This document shows, piece by piece, positions 1-8,844 of a stretch of 64,000 nucleotides of DNA. The stretch is taken from the NCBI GenBank assembly GCA_938048455.1, contig CALIUY010000030.1, positions 19,568 through 83,567 on the forward strand, read 5' to 3'. The translations under genes were made by a program, and so were the position numbers. Position 1 is the first letter of the stretch. Every line of letters starts with the position of its first letter. The notes beneath the pieces are model-generated. The model was not told the origin of the DNA. It saw nothing but the letters and a program-made list of their open reading frames with translations, and searched no databases. The stretch is from an uncultured Desulfobacterales bacterium (GTDB lineage: Bacteria; Desulfobacterota; Desulfobacteria; Desulfobacterales; SpSt-501).

Positions 1-348
1 ATACAGGTGGGTGATCCCGCGCAGCATCTTGACCGGCTTGTTCTTGAACATTTCAAGCCCGTTGTAAGCGTAATAGGCGACCCCGTTTTGCGCGAAGGCC
101 ACTTCGGCCTCTTTTTTCTGCATGAGCAGAATGTTCTGGGGTGTGCCCGCGGTCGCCTGAGCCGAGGCCTTCACGCCGGAAATCTTCGTATTGAAGAGCT
201 GGGCCATGGCGTTGCCCATGGGGTAGTAGACCCCGGCCGTCGTCGCGGTGGCGATGTTGATGTTCTCGAGCCCGAAGGCAATCCCCGGCAGAAGGACCGC
301 CACGGCCGCAATCCACGCCCAACCCTTTTCCGCTCTGCTTTTCCTCAT
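1..348 (-). CDS. TRAP transporter solute receptor, TAXI family (N-terminal part; gene runs off the left window edge)
   Basis: Absent from the ORF track because there is no stop inside the window. Minus-strand ATG at 348..346 is preceded by GGAGGAG. My translation is MRKSRAEKGWAWIAAVAVLLPGIAFGLENINIATATTAGVYYPMGNAMAQLFNTKISGVKASAQATAGTPQNILLMQKKEAEVAFAQNGVAYYAYNG..., i.e. a signal peptide plus TAXI-type GVYYP.G and AYYAY motifs. Confidence 0.7.
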   Translation of the reverse strand, partial: MRKSRAEKGWAWIAAVAVLLPGIAFGLENINIATATTAGVYYPMGNAMAQLFNTKISGVKASAQATAGTPQNILLMQKKEAEVAFAQNGVAYYAYNGLEMFKNKPVKMLRGITHLY

Positions 349-440
349 CTCTCTCTCCTCCTCGGCGTTTCGGGGTCGGGCAAGACGGTATCACCGACCC
401 TCGCGTTCCTCTCCTGAACCCCTCTGCGAACCGCAGATCG

Positions 441-2102
441 TCACGGGCGGCCTGGCAGCGCGCAGGGCGATGTCTCAAAGAGGTTTCCCGGGTTGAGCAG
501 CCCCTGCGGGTCGAGCGCGCGCTTGACGGCACGCATCTGCTCGATTTCCTCCTCGCGGTACATCGCCTTCAGAAACTTCGCCTTGAGTTTGCCGATCCCG
601 TGCTCGGCCGAGACCGTGCCGCCGAAGGCGACCGCCTGCTCGGCGAAGCGGCCGTAGAGGTCGAGGGCTTTTTCGAGGTCGGCCATGTCGCGCGGCAGGA
701 TGTTGATGTGCAGGTGGTTGTTGCCGATGTGGCCGAAGGCCACCCACTCGAGCTCGGCCCGAGCGAGCGACTCGCGGTAAAAGTCCCACATGGTCTCCAA
801 GTGCTCGTCGGGGACGGCGAGATCGGTGCCGAGCTTGTGCAGCCCGGGGTGCTTTTTTTTGCGCTCGGCGATGATCGCGTTGATCGTTTCGGGAAGGATG
901 TGACGGAAATGCTTGAGCCGCTCGAGTTCGCGCGGCTCGTAGGCGGCCCAGCTGTCCGCGGGGGAAGTACCGCAGGAGGCGAGCACCTCCGCGAGGGCTT
1001 CCTTCGCCGCGGGGCCGGCCGCGGGATCGAAGTCGAGCTCGAAGAAGAGGGCCGAGCGTGCGCGCTGCGGGATCGGCGGGGTCCCGACGGAGCGGGCATC
1101 GCGCGCCTGACGCTCGCGCAAGAGCCCGAGCGCGGCCTCGGAGTACATCTCGAGGAAATCGAGCCGCAGGCGCGGGTCCTCGCGCAGGGCGCGCACGAGG
1201 CGGATCGCCTGCTCGTCGGAGGAAAGAAACTGAACGACCGAGATTTTGGGTGTGCGCGGCAGCAACCCCACGGTCACCTCGGTGATGATCCCGAAGGCGC
1301 CCTCCGAGCCGATGAAGAGATCGACGAGATCCATCGCCGGGGCGGTGAAGAAGCCGGCCGTGTTCTTCGTCGGGGGGATCCGGTAGGAGGGCAACCTGAC
1401 GCGCCGGTCCCTGCCGTGGGAATCCCGAATGAGAAACTCTCCCGCCGGGGAGGCGAACACTTTGCCCCGCGCGAGGTCGAGCACCTCGCCGTCGGCCAGC
1501 ATCACGCGGATCCCCCGCACCCAGGCGCGGGTCGGCCCGTAGCGGAAGGTGCGCGCCCCCGAGGCGTTCGTCGCGACCGTGCCGCCGAGCGAGGCGCTCA
1601 TCTCCGTGGGGTCCGGAGGGTAGAAGAAGCTCTGCGGGTCCTGCCGGAAGGAGACAAAGGCCTCCCGGATCCGCGCATCCGCGGAACGCTCGAGATCGGG
1701 GAACCGTTTTTCGGCGAGCTGCCGGGCAATCGTGCGCAGGCTCACGGCGCTTTCGGCCCGCAGCCGCCACTCGCCCGCCCACTCGTCCCAGGCGATCTTC
1801 GTCACCCGGTCGAAACCCTCGAGCGAAACGAGCGCTCCCCCCGGGGGGACGCAGCCTCCGACCAGCCCCGTGCGCGCCGCGGCGATCGTGACGCCGATTC
1901 CCCGTCGCCCCATTTCCTGAAGCACAGCGCAGAGTTCGGCTTCGTGGCGCGGGAAAAAGAGGAAATCGAAGGGCTTGCAGGAGAACTTGGACTCGTCGGT
2001 CAGGTAAGCGGGATAGGCTTCGCGGATGGCGGCAAATCCCTCCACGCGCCGCACGGAGTTGAAATCGGCCGCCGCTACGGCCCGGCTGCTCACCTCATGC
2101 AT
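441..2102 (-). CDS. FAD-binding oxidoreductase, GlcD / D-lactate dehydrogenase-like
   Basis: ORF 441..2231 trimmed to ATG 2102 (MHEVSS...), which overlaps the upstream GntR stop by 8 nt. FAD_binding_4-like N-domain (FPRHEAELCAVLQEMGRRGIGVTIAAARTGLVGG). GlcD-type C-terminal motifs HIGNNHLHINILP, SAEHGIGKLK and LLNPGNLF. Confidence 0.85.
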   Translation of the reverse strand: MHEVSSRAVAAADFNSVRRVEGFAAIREAYPAYLTDESKFSCKPFDFLFFPRHEAELCAVLQEMGRRGIGVTIAAARTGLVGGCVPPGGALVSLEGFDRVTKIAWDEWAGEWRLRAESAVSLRTIARQLAEKRFPDLERSADARIREAFVSFRQDPQSFFYPPDPTEMSASLGGTVATNASGARTFRYGPTRAWVRGIRVMLADGEVLDLARGKVFASPAGEFLIRDSHGRDRRVRLPSYRIPPTKNTAGFFTAPAMDLVDLFIGSEGAFGIITEVTVGLLPRTPKISVVQFLSSDEQAIRLVRALREDPRLRLDFLEMYSEAALGLLRERQARDARSVGTPPIPQRARSALFFELDFDPAAGPAAKEALAEVLASCGTSPADSWAAYEPRELERLKHFRHILPETINAIIAERKKKHPGLHKLGTDLAVPDEHLETMWDFYRESLARAELEWVAFGHIGNNHLHINILPRDMADLEKALDLYGRFAEQAVAFGGTVSAEHGIGKLKAKFLKAMYREEEIEQMRAVKRALDPQGLLNPGNLFETSPCALPGRP

Positions 2103-2856
2103 GGGCCGGAGGTTCCTTTCCCGAGCTTCGCCCGGCGCCGCGGGAAAGGCCCAGACGCCGGGCGGCGTTTTGGAGATGCGACAAACAGCTCCGCCGCGCC
2201 CCCTCCGCATCGCCGGCGGCGATGGCCGCAAAGATCATCTCGTGCTCCTGCTGCACCAGCGGCGGCAAGCCGCTCGTGCGGCGGGAGTGGGAGCGTGCGG
2301 TCCGGATGACCTGCCGCAGACGGGCATGGAGGAAGTCCATCAAGCTGTGAAGCACGCGGTTTCCGCTCATCGCCGCGACCGCCCGGTGGAAGGCGAGATC
2401 GTCTTCCGTACCGTCGGCATCCTGCGCCACCGCGTCGGCCATCCGCGCCAGGCAGGCGGAAAGACGCTCAAGCTGGCTCGGGGTCCGCCGCAGCGCGGCG
2501 AGGGCGGCGGCTTCGGCTTCGAGAATCGCCCGCATCTCGTAGACGTCGTTCAGTTCCTCGGGATTCAGCCGCTCGCTTTCGCCCACCCGGAACGAACGGC
2601 GCCCGGCCTCGCCGACCACGGTCACCCCCAGCCCCTGGCGCGAGACGAGCAAACCCTCGTATTTGAGCTGCGAGAGGGCCTCCCGGACCACGGAGCGGCT
2701 GACCCGAAAGCGCGCGGCAAGTGCCGCCTCCGAGGGGAGTTTGGTCCCCGGCGGCAGGGCCCCGGAGGCGATCCGGCGCGAAAGCAACGCGGCCAGCTGG
2801 TCGGGAAAGCGGCGGGCGGGGCGGAGCTTGGAGTTGTCTGACAACCTGACAGGCAT
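2095..2856 (-). CDS. GntR-family transcriptional regulator, FadR/FCD subfamily
   Basis: N-terminal winged helix [41 protein letters not shown]. Helical FCD-like C-domain ([27 protein letters not shown]). First gene of a GntR / FAD oxidoreductase / TAXI string on the minus strand. Confidence 0.85.
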   Translation of the reverse strand: MPVRLSDNSKLRPARRFPDQLAALLSRRIASGALPPGTKLPSEAALAARFRVSRSVVREALSQLKYEGLLVSRQGLGVTVVGEAGRRSFRVGESERLNPEELNDVYEMRAILEAEAAALAALRRTPSQLERLSACLARMADAVAQDADGTEDDLAFHRAVAAMSGNRVLHSLMDFLHARLRQVIRTARSHSRRTSGLPPLVQQEHEMIFAAIAAGDAEGARRSCLSHLQNAARRLGLSRGAGRSSGKEPPAHA

Positions 2857-2935
2857 GCTTGTTTGTATCCGGTGCGCCGGGAAAGGTCAAGAGGGAAACG
2901 ACGCGGGCGCTGAAGGCTTCCTCCCCAAGGGTCGG

Positions 2936-2965
2936 TTGACAACCCCGCTTCCGCTGCGGTTTAGT
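2936..2965 (+). promoter_or_regulatory. Candidate sigma70-type promoter for argB (TTGACA-18 nt-TTTAGT)
   Basis: Perfect -35 hexamer TTGACA at 2936..2941 and TTTAGT at 2960..2965, about 60 nt upstream of the argB ATG in the GntR/argB divergent gap. Sequence pattern only. Confidence 0.3.
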
Positions 2966-3025
2966 CCCCCAATGGCCGCAAGCCTGCGGTCGCCTGCGCC
3001 GCCATCGCCCCCGGGAGGAGACGCC

Positions 3026-3934
3026 ATGGAATGCACCGAGATGGACAGCCTGGTCCGCAAGGCCGAGATCCTGATCGAGGCCCTGCCCTACATCCAGAAG
3101 CTCTACGGCAAGACCGTGGTCATCAAGTACGGCGGCAACGCGATGATCAGCGAGCCGCTCAAGCACGGGGTGATGGAGGATATCACGCTGCTCAAGTTCA
3201 TCGGCATGAACCCGATCCTCGTGCACGGCGGCGGCCCCGAGATCTCCCGCATGCTCGACAAGCTCGACATCCCCTCGCGCTTCGTGAACGGCTTGCGCGT
3301 CACCGACCCCGCCACCATGGAGATCGCGCAGATGGTGCTCGTCGGCAAGACCAACAAGGAGATCGTCTCGCTCTTGAACCAGAAGGGCAGCAAGGCCGTC
3401 GGTTTCTGCGGCATCGACGGCCGTTTGATCGAGTGCACCCGGCGCGAGGCGGTCTCGAGCGAGGGGGAAGCGATCGATCTCGGGCAAGTCGGCCAGATCA
3501 CCCGCGTCAACACCTCGCTTCTCTCCCTCGTCGCCCGGGACGAATACATCCCCGTGGTCGCCCCGATCGGGGTGGGAGCGGGGGGCGAGAGCTACAACTG
3601 CAACGCCGACGAGGTCGCCGGCGAGATCGCCGCGGCGATGAAGGCCGAGAAGCTCATGTTTCTCACGGACGTGGAGGGGGTCCAGGCGGAGGGCCGGGTG
3701 CTCTCCGCGCTCACCATCGCCGAAGTCCACGAGCTGATCGAGCGCAAGGTCATCGTGGGGGGGATGATCCCCAAGGTCCAGGGCTGCATCGAGGCCCTGG
3801 AAAAGGGCGTGACCCGCACCCACATCATCGACGGCCGGATCCCGCACTGCATCCTGCTCGAAATTTTCACCTACAAGGGGATCGGCACGATGATCATGAA
3901 GGAGCGCAAGCTCTACGAGCACGAAGAGCTCTGA
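3026..3934 (+). CDS. argB: Acetylglutamate kinase
   Basis: ORF 2663..3934 trimmed to ATG 3026, which has GGGAGGAG 6 nt upstream. Motifs [54 protein letters not shown] and GGMIPKV. Confidence 0.93.
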   Translation: MECTEMDSLVRKAEILIEALPYIQKLYGKTVVIKYGGNAMISEPLKHGVMEDITLLKFIGMNPILVHGGGPEISRMLDKLDIPSRFVNGLRVTDPATMEIAQMVLVGKTNKEIVSLLNQKGSKAVGFCGIDGRLIECTRREAVSSEGEAIDLGQVGQITRVNTSLLSLVARDEYIPVVAPIGVGAGGESYNCNADEVAGEIAAAMKAEKLMFLTDVEGVQAEGRVLSALTIAEVHELIERKVIVGGMIPKVQGCIEALEKGVTRTHIIDGRIPHCILLEIFTYKGIGTMIMKERKLYEHEEL

Positions 3935-4075
3935 GCCCCGGGTTGCGACGGGGGGGACCGGGCGGCCGTCAGGCCGAAGCAAGCGCCCGCAGCGGCAGGC
4001 GGAAGAGCCGGACGCGATCCGTGCGGCACAGGCTGAGGCGTAGAAGAATCGCGCCCGGATCGGGAAGCCCAAGGG

Positions 4076-4111
4076 AAAAAAGCGTAAGCGCATCGCCGCC
4101 GGCGCGGCGGC
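4076..4111 (-). terminator. Possible intrinsic terminator downstream of argS
   Basis: On the minus strand, directly after the argS stop: GCCGCCG-CGC-CGGCGGC hairpin (4095..4111), then a small GCG/CGC hairpin, then TTTTTT (4076..4081). The T-tract is not directly adjacent to the strong stem. Confidence 0.35.
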
Positions 4112-5878
4112 TTACATGTTCTCGAGGACCTCGAGCCCGAGGAGTTCGAGACCGCGGCGCAGGACGAGCGCGGTGGCGTGGATCAGAGCCAGGCGGGCGG
4201 CGGCGAGGGCGGGGCTCTCGGCCTGCAGGACGGCGTGGCGGTTGTAGAACTGGTTGAAGGCGCGCGCCGTGTGAAAGACGTGCGTCGCCAGGCGCGCGGG
4301 GCTGAACTCGGAGGCCGCCGCGGCGACCTCTTCCGGGAACTCCAGCAGGTGGCGCAGCAAAAGCTTCTCTTCGGCGTTCCCCAGCCGACCGAAGTCGGCC
4401 CCCGCTTCGGAAACCCCGCGCTCGGCCGCCTTTTCGAGAATCCCGAAAATCCGCGCGTAGGCATACTGGCAGTAGGGTCCGGTGAAACCATCGAAGGAGA
4501 TCGACTCCGCCGGGTCGAAGTGGATGCTCTGCGCGGGCCGCACGCGGAGCAAATAGAACTTGATCGCCCCCACGCCGATCGTTTCCGCGCGGCGGCGGAT
4601 CTCCTCTTCGGCGAGCCGCCCCTCCGGATCGCGGCGGCGGATCTCCTCGGCGGCGAGCTCGACCATTCCCGCGATCAGATCGTCGGCATCGACCACCTTG
4701 CCCTCGCGGGACTTCATCTTGCCCTCGGGGAGATAAACCATGCCGTAGGAGAGATGGCGGCAGGCCTGCGCCCAGGGGAACCCGAGCGCTTCGAGGATGG
4801 CGAAGAGGCACTGGAAGTGGTGCTCCTGCTCGCTCCCCACGACGTAGACCGAAGAGTCGAGCGCGTGCTCGGTCACCTTGCGGATGGCGGTTCCGATGTC
4901 CTGGGTGATGTAAAGGCTGGTCCCGTCGGCGCGCAGCACCGTGACCCGCTTGAGCGAGCCGTCCTTTTCCCGGCCGAAGGGCTTCTCCGGCAGCGGGAAG
5001 ACAACGTTGCCGCGCCCGTCGCGGGCAAACACCCCGCGGTTGAGGCCGTCGGCGATCACGTCCTTTCCCAGCCGGTAGGTGTCGGACTCGTAGTAGAAGA
5101 CCTCGAAGCGCATCCCGAAGCGGCGGTAGGTCTCCTCGAAGCCCGCGTAGACCCAGCCGTTCATCTGTTTCCAGAGAGCAAGGGTTTCGGGGTCCCCCGC
5201 CTCCCACCGCTGGAGCATCTCCTGCACGGCCGCCTCCAGCGAAGGGTCCTTCTCGGCTTCGACCGCGTAACGCACGTACCATTGGCCGACGAAGTGGTCG
5301 CCCTTCATTCCTTCGGACTCGGGGGTCGCCCCGGCGGCGAAGCGCTGCCAGGCAAGCATGCTCTTGCAGATGTGCACCCCGCGGTCGTTGATCAGGATGG
5401 CGGGGATCACGTGGTGGCCGGTCGCCTCTAAAAGGCGGACAAGGGCGATCCCGAGAGCGGCGTTGCGCAGATGTCCGAGGTGAAGCGGCTTGTTCGTGTT
5501 GGGCGAAAGGTACTCGACCATGACCCGCCGGCCGGCCCCCGCCGCGGAATCTCCGTAGCGCCCGCCCGCTTCGCGCAGGGCGGCGATCGAGACGCCAAAG
5601 AGGTGGTCGGGCAGAAGCGTCACGTTGAGGTAGGGCCCGCTCGCACCGATCGCGGCGACCGGAGGCCGGGGGGCGGCCGCCTCGACGATCCGCCGCGCGA
5701 TCTCGGCCGGGCTCATGCGGAACTGCCGCGCCAGAGGAAAGCAGCCGACCGCGAAATCGCCCAGCTCGACCTCCGGAGGATAGCCGACCTCGAGCCCTTC
5801 CGGGTCGCGGCCGAAGGCTGTCCGGCAGGCGCGGGCCACCTCCTGGAGCACGGCTTCTTTCCATTGGGCAAGCGGCAT
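4112..5878 (-). CDS. argS: Arginine--tRNA ligase
   Basis: ORF 4112..5959 trimmed to ATG 5878 (MPLAQWKEAV...) with AAGGA upstream. Class I HIGH-type motif PNTNKPLHLGHLRN, KMSKS-region GKMKSREGK, and a typical DALR anticodon-binding C-terminus ending ...LENM. Confidence 0.93.
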   Translation of the reverse strand: MPLAQWKEAVLQEVARACRTAFGRDPEGLEVGYPPEVELGDFAVGCFPLARQFRMSPAEIARRIVEAAAPRPPVAAIGASGPYLNVTLLPDHLFGVSIAALREAGGRYGDSAAGAGRRVMVEYLSPNTNKPLHLGHLRNAALGIALVRLLEATGHHVIPAILINDRGVHICKSMLAWQRFAAGATPESEGMKGDHFVGQWYVRYAVEAEKDPSLEAAVQEMLQRWEAGDPETLALWKQMNGWVYAGFEETYRRFGMRFEVFYYESDTYRLGKDVIADGLNRGVFARDGRGNVVFPLPEKPFGREKDGSLKRVTVLRADGTSLYITQDIGTAIRKVTEHALDSSVYVVGSEQEHHFQCLFAILEALGFPWAQACRHLSYGMVYLPEGKMKSREGKVVDADDLIAGMVELAAEEIRRRDPEGRLAEEEIRRRAETIGVGAIKFYLLRVRPAQSIHFDPAESISFDGFTGPYCQYAYARIFGILEKAAERGVSEAGADFGRLGNAEEKLLLRHLLEFPEEVAAAASEFSPARLATHVFHTARAFNQFYNRHAVLQAESPALAAARLALIHATALVLRRGLELLGLEVLENM

Positions 5879-6015
5879 GTCAAAATCCTTGGGTGTCGAA
5901 ATCAACCGCCGGCGGGCGGCGGGAGGAGGCAATATCGCAGAGTTCCTCCGCCGGATCAACGCCCGCCCGCCGGTCGATCTTCTTCCCGGACCTTTTTCTT
6001 CGATCCGTGCCCGAC

Positions 6016-6029
6016 TTGATTTAGATCAA
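6016..6029. promoter_or_regulatory. FNR/CRP-family binding site (TTGAT-N4-ATCAA) upstream of hcp
   Basis: TTGATTTAGATCAA is a perfect match to the FNR consensus half-sites. TAAGCT at 6053..6058 is a possible -10, which would centre the box near -41/-42 (class II geometry). The hcp ATG is at 6113. Confidence 0.55.
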
Positions 6030-6112
6030 TGCGCCGGCCGCGCCGGTTGCGCTAAGCTGCCGCCCGGATCGGTCGAAAAACGGTTCCAACCCCCAGCGAA
6101 AGGAGCTACCCA

Positions 6113-7741
6113 ATGTTCTGTTACCAATGCGAGCAGACGGCCAAGGGCACCGGCTGCACGGTTCTCGGGGTGTGCGGCAAGCAGCCCGACGTGGCGGCCC
6201 TCCAGGATCTTCTGATCTACACCCTGATCGGCCTCTCCGAGGTCGCCGTGGAAGGCCGGAAGGTCAATGTCTCGGATCCCGAAGTCAATGAATTCACCCT
6301 GAAAGCGACCTTTTCCACCCTCACCAACGTCGATTTCGATCCCGCGCGTTTCGTGGAGCTGATCCACCGGGCGGTCGAGCTGCGCGAAGCTCTGAAAGCC
6401 AAAGTCAAGGCGGCCGGAGGCAGAGCCGATGCCGGAGGCGAAGCCGCATCCTTTCAGCCGGCGAAGACGGCCGAGGAAATGGTCAAACAGGCCGAATCCC
6501 GCGGCCTGCACTCCTACCCCGCGGACAGCCCCGACATCCTGTCGCTCAAGCACACCGTGCTCTTTGGAGTGAAGGGCGTGTGCGCCTACGCCGACCACGC
6601 GCAGATCCTGGGCGAGCAGGACGAGGCCGTCTTCGCTTTCGTCCATGAAGCGCTGGCCGCGCTTCACCGCAAGGACCTGCCCCTCGACCGCTGGATCCAG
6701 ACGGCCCTCGACTGCGGCCGCATCGCCCTCCGGGCGATGGAACTCCTCGACGCCGGAAACACCAAAACCTATGGCCACCCCGTTCCGACGCGGGTGCCGC
6801 TCGGGCACAAGAAGGGCAAGGCGATCCTGGTCTCCGGTCACGACCTGAAGGACTTGGAAGAACTCCTCAAGCAAACGGCGGGCAAGGGCATCTTCGTCTA
6901 CACCCACGGCGAGATGCTTCCCACCCACGGCTACCCCAAGCTCAAGGCCTTTCCCCATTTCTACGGCCACTACGGAACCGCTTGGCAGAACCAGATCCGC
7001 GAGTTCGCCGAGTTCCCCGGCGCGATTCTCATGACCACCAACTGCATTCAGCGGCCAAAGGAGGAATACAAGAGGAACATCTTCACGAGCGGCCTGGTCG
7101 GCTGGCCGGGGGTCACGCACATCGCCGACCGGAACTTCAAACCCGTAATCGACCGCGCCCTCGAACTTCCGGGCTTCGCCGAGGACAAGCCCGGCAAGGA
7201 GGTCACGGTCGGCTTCGCGCGCAACGCCGTGCTCGGGGTCGCCGACCAGGTGATCGCGGCCGTGAAAAACAAGGCCATCCGGCACTTCTTCCTCGTGGGC
7301 GGCTGCGACGGGGCCAAACCCGGCCGCAGCTACTACGCCGAGTTCGTGGAAAAGGTCCCCCGGGACTGCGTCGTGCTGACCCTCGCCTGCGGCAAGTTCC
7401 GCTTTTTCGACCAGGATCTGGGCGATATCGGGGGGATTCCGCGGCTTCTGGACATCGGCCAGTGCAACGACGCCTACTCGGCCGTGCAGATCGCCACCGC
7501 GCTCGCCAAGGCGTTCAACGTCGCGGTGAACGAGCTTCCGCTCTCGCTGATCATCTCCTGGTACGAGCAGAAGGCGGTCTGCATCCTGCTGGCGCTTCTT
7601 TCCCTGGGCATCAAGAACATCCGCCTCGGGCCCTCGCTTCCGGCCTTCGTCACCCCGAACGTGCTCGATGTGCTGGTCAAGAATTTCGGGATCCGGCCCA
7701 TCGGTACGGCCGAGGCCGATCTCAAGGCGATCCTCGGGTAG
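6113..7741 (+). CDS. hcp: Hybrid cluster protein / hydroxylamine reductase
   Basis: N-terminal Cys cluster MFCYQCEQTAKGTGCTVLGVCGK. Full-length 542 aa with typical HCP core (VSGHDLKDLEELL, GHYG.AWQNQ, LVGGCDG, LACGKFRF, GQCNDAYS). RBS AAAGGAG. Confidence 0.95.
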   Translation: MFCYQCEQTAKGTGCTVLGVCGKQPDVAALQDLLIYTLIGLSEVAVEGRKVNVSDPEVNEFTLKATFSTLTNVDFDPARFVELIHRAVELREALKAKVKAAGGRADAGGEAASFQPAKTAEEMVKQAESRGLHSYPADSPDILSLKHTVLFGVKGVCAYADHAQILGEQDEAVFAFVHEALAALHRKDLPLDRWIQTALDCGRIALRAMELLDAGNTKTYGHPVPTRVPLGHKKGKAILVSGHDLKDLEELLKQTAGKGIFVYTHGEMLPTHGYPKLKAFPHFYGHYGTAWQNQIREFAEFPGAILMTTNCIQRPKEEYKRNIFTSGLVGWPGVTHIADRNFKPVIDRALELPGFAEDKPGKEVTVGFARNAVLGVADQVIAAVKNKAIRHFFLVGGCDGAKPGRSYYAEFVEKVPRDCVVLTLACGKFRFFDQDLGDIGGIPRLLDIGQCNDAYSAVQIATALAKAFNVAVNELPLSLIISWYEQKAVCILLALLSLGIKNIRLGPSLPAFVTPNVLDVLVKNFGIRPIGTAEADLKAILG

Positions 7742-7759
7742 TTCGGCCTGCCCCTCCCC

Positions 7760-7791
7760 AAAAACGTGGCCCGGCCGCCAGGCCGGGCCAC
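7760..7791 (-). terminator. Intrinsic terminator (perfect 11-bp stem) in the convergent hcp / small-membrane-protein gap
   Basis: GTGGCCCGGCC-GCCA-GGCCGGGCCAC at 7766..7791. On the minus strand it is followed by GTTTTTGGGG (7765..7757). It could also stop hcp transcription, but no T-tract follows it on the plus strand. Confidence 0.6.
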
Positions 7792-7821
7792 ATTGCTCCG
7801 TCGGGTTTCGACAGCCGAGGT

Positions 7822-8040
7822 TTAGCCGGCGCTCAGGCCGCGGCGGATGAGCTTGCAGGCCTTGCTCTCGGGAGCGATCAGCATGGCGATCCCGATGACG
7901 AGCAGGGGAACGGCGAAGATGAATCCCACCACCGGCAGGATGACGAGCCCGACGACAAAGAGCACCACCGCGATCCCCAGAAAGAAAAGGCCGATCGTAC
8001 GGCTCGAAAAACGCTCGCGGTCACAGCTTGCAGCGTCCAT
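7822..8040 (-). CDS. Small hypothetical membrane protein (two predicted TM helices)
   Basis: ORF 7822..8061 trimmed to ATG 8040, preceded by GGGAGAGAGGAGAG. Hydrophobic core IGLFFLGIAVVLFVVGLVILPVVGFIFAVPLLVIGIAMLI. No family recognised. Confidence 0.5.
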   Translation of the reverse strand: MDAASCDRERFSSRTIGLFFLGIAVVLFVVGLVILPVVGFIFAVPLLVIGIAMLIAPESKACKLIRRGLSAG

Positions 8041-8094
8041 CTCTCCTCTCTCCCATCTCAAACGTTTCTTTCGCTTCAGCTTGCCGCTGATGAT

Positions 8095-8538
8095 TCAACA
8101 TAAGCGCCTTTCGGCCGACGTCAAACCCCTGTCCGGCGCCGCAAGCAGCCGGGCGAGGTTGCGAGCGGCCCGACGGCAGACCGCGCCGTAGGGTGCGGCG
8201 AGCCGCGGCAGCTCGAAGAGGAGGCGACAGGATTCCGGACCGAGGGGGATGACCCGGTGCCCCGTGGCGGGGATTCCTGCGACTTTCCAGGCCCAAAAGC
8301 GGCCCTCTTCGTATGCGGTCACCCGGAAGGGAAGCGCAAGGCCGAAGGCGGTGAGGATCCAGCCGCGAGTTCCTTTTCCGATCCGGCGCTCGGAGCAATA
8401 GGCCGCACGCACGCTCGGACCCCAGCACGGCCACAGGCGCGTGTCGGTCAAAAGATCCCACACCGTTTCGGGCGCGGCCCCGAATTCACGGCCGACGGTG
8501 ATCGGGGGCTCCAAGAGACGACGAAGAAGGCGCGGCAT
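8095..8538 (-). CDS. SRPBCC (polyketide cyclase/dehydrase-like) family protein
   Basis: ORF 8095..8622 trimmed to ATG 8538 (MPRLLRRLLEPPITVGREFGAAPETVWDLLTD...W..W.P). Size (147 aa) and the N-terminal pattern are typical of SRPBCC proteins. Start uncertain. Confidence 0.55.
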   Translation of the reverse strand: MPRLLRRLLEPPITVGREFGAAPETVWDLLTDTRLWPCWGPSVRAAYCSERRIGKGTRGWILTAFGLALPFRVTAYEEGRFWAWKVAGIPATGHRVIPLGPESCRLLFELPRLAAPYGAVCRRAARNLARLLAAPDRGLTSAERRLC

Positions 8539-8743
8539 GGCCCTCGAGCTCTTCGTGGGAAAGATGGCGCCGCACCTCCTCGTGGATCGCTTCGAGCACG
8601 AGCGACGGTGCGCAGGCGGCAAACGTACCGTTGCCGACGTTTCTTTGCCAGGTCATGGGATTCTTTCTTTCGTTGGACGTAAGCTAAGCCCTGAGCGCGA
8701 TCGGGCAAGCAGGTGGGGGCCGGCGCCCGACTCCGTCCTTTTC

Positions 8744-8772
8744 TTGACACCCCTCGAGATTTTTGAAATCAT
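8744..8772 (+). promoter_or_regulatory. Candidate sigma70-type promoter (TTGACA-17 nt-AATCAT) for the ATCase-like operon
   Basis: TTGACA at 8744..8749 and AATCAT at 8767..8772, lying in a locally AT-richer patch about 70 nt upstream of ATG 8845. Pattern only. Confidence 0.3.
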
Positions 8773-8844
8773 CGCCCCGCTTTTTGCACGGAACCGGCAC
8801 CGCATCCTCCGCCCTCAACCCTCACCGCCGGCTCGAGGAACCCC

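Noticed and set aside
600-2309. 569-aa ORF on the plus strand, one of many very long ORFs in the track (others include 2468..4093, 3969..5864, 6026..7285, 8815..10029, 21058..22902, 36149..38677, 45744..47516 and 59798..61888).
   Set aside because: Each lies antisense to, or out of frame with, a gene that has clear family motifs. The translations are Arg/Pro/Gly/Ala-rich low-complexity strings without recognisable domains. Such shadow ORFs are expected in high-GC DNA with G/C-rich third positions.
2663-3025. N-terminal 121-codon extension of the argB ORF in the track (similar extensions exist for 441..2231, 4112..5959, 14509.., 20256.., 31405.., 41740.., 51191.. and 59957..).
   Set aside because: The extensions are low-complexity. 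They would overlap divergent genes or promoters, and internal ATG/GTG/TTG codons with SD-like sequences coincide with the start of family homology.
8486-8656. 56-codon minus-strand ORF (MTWQRNVGNGTFAACAPSLVLEAIHEEVRRHLSHEELEG...) upstream of and overlapping the SRPBCC gene start.
   Set aside because: No SD-like sequence, no recognisable family, and it overlaps the better-supported SRPBCC start by about 50 nt. It cannot be supported from sequence alone.
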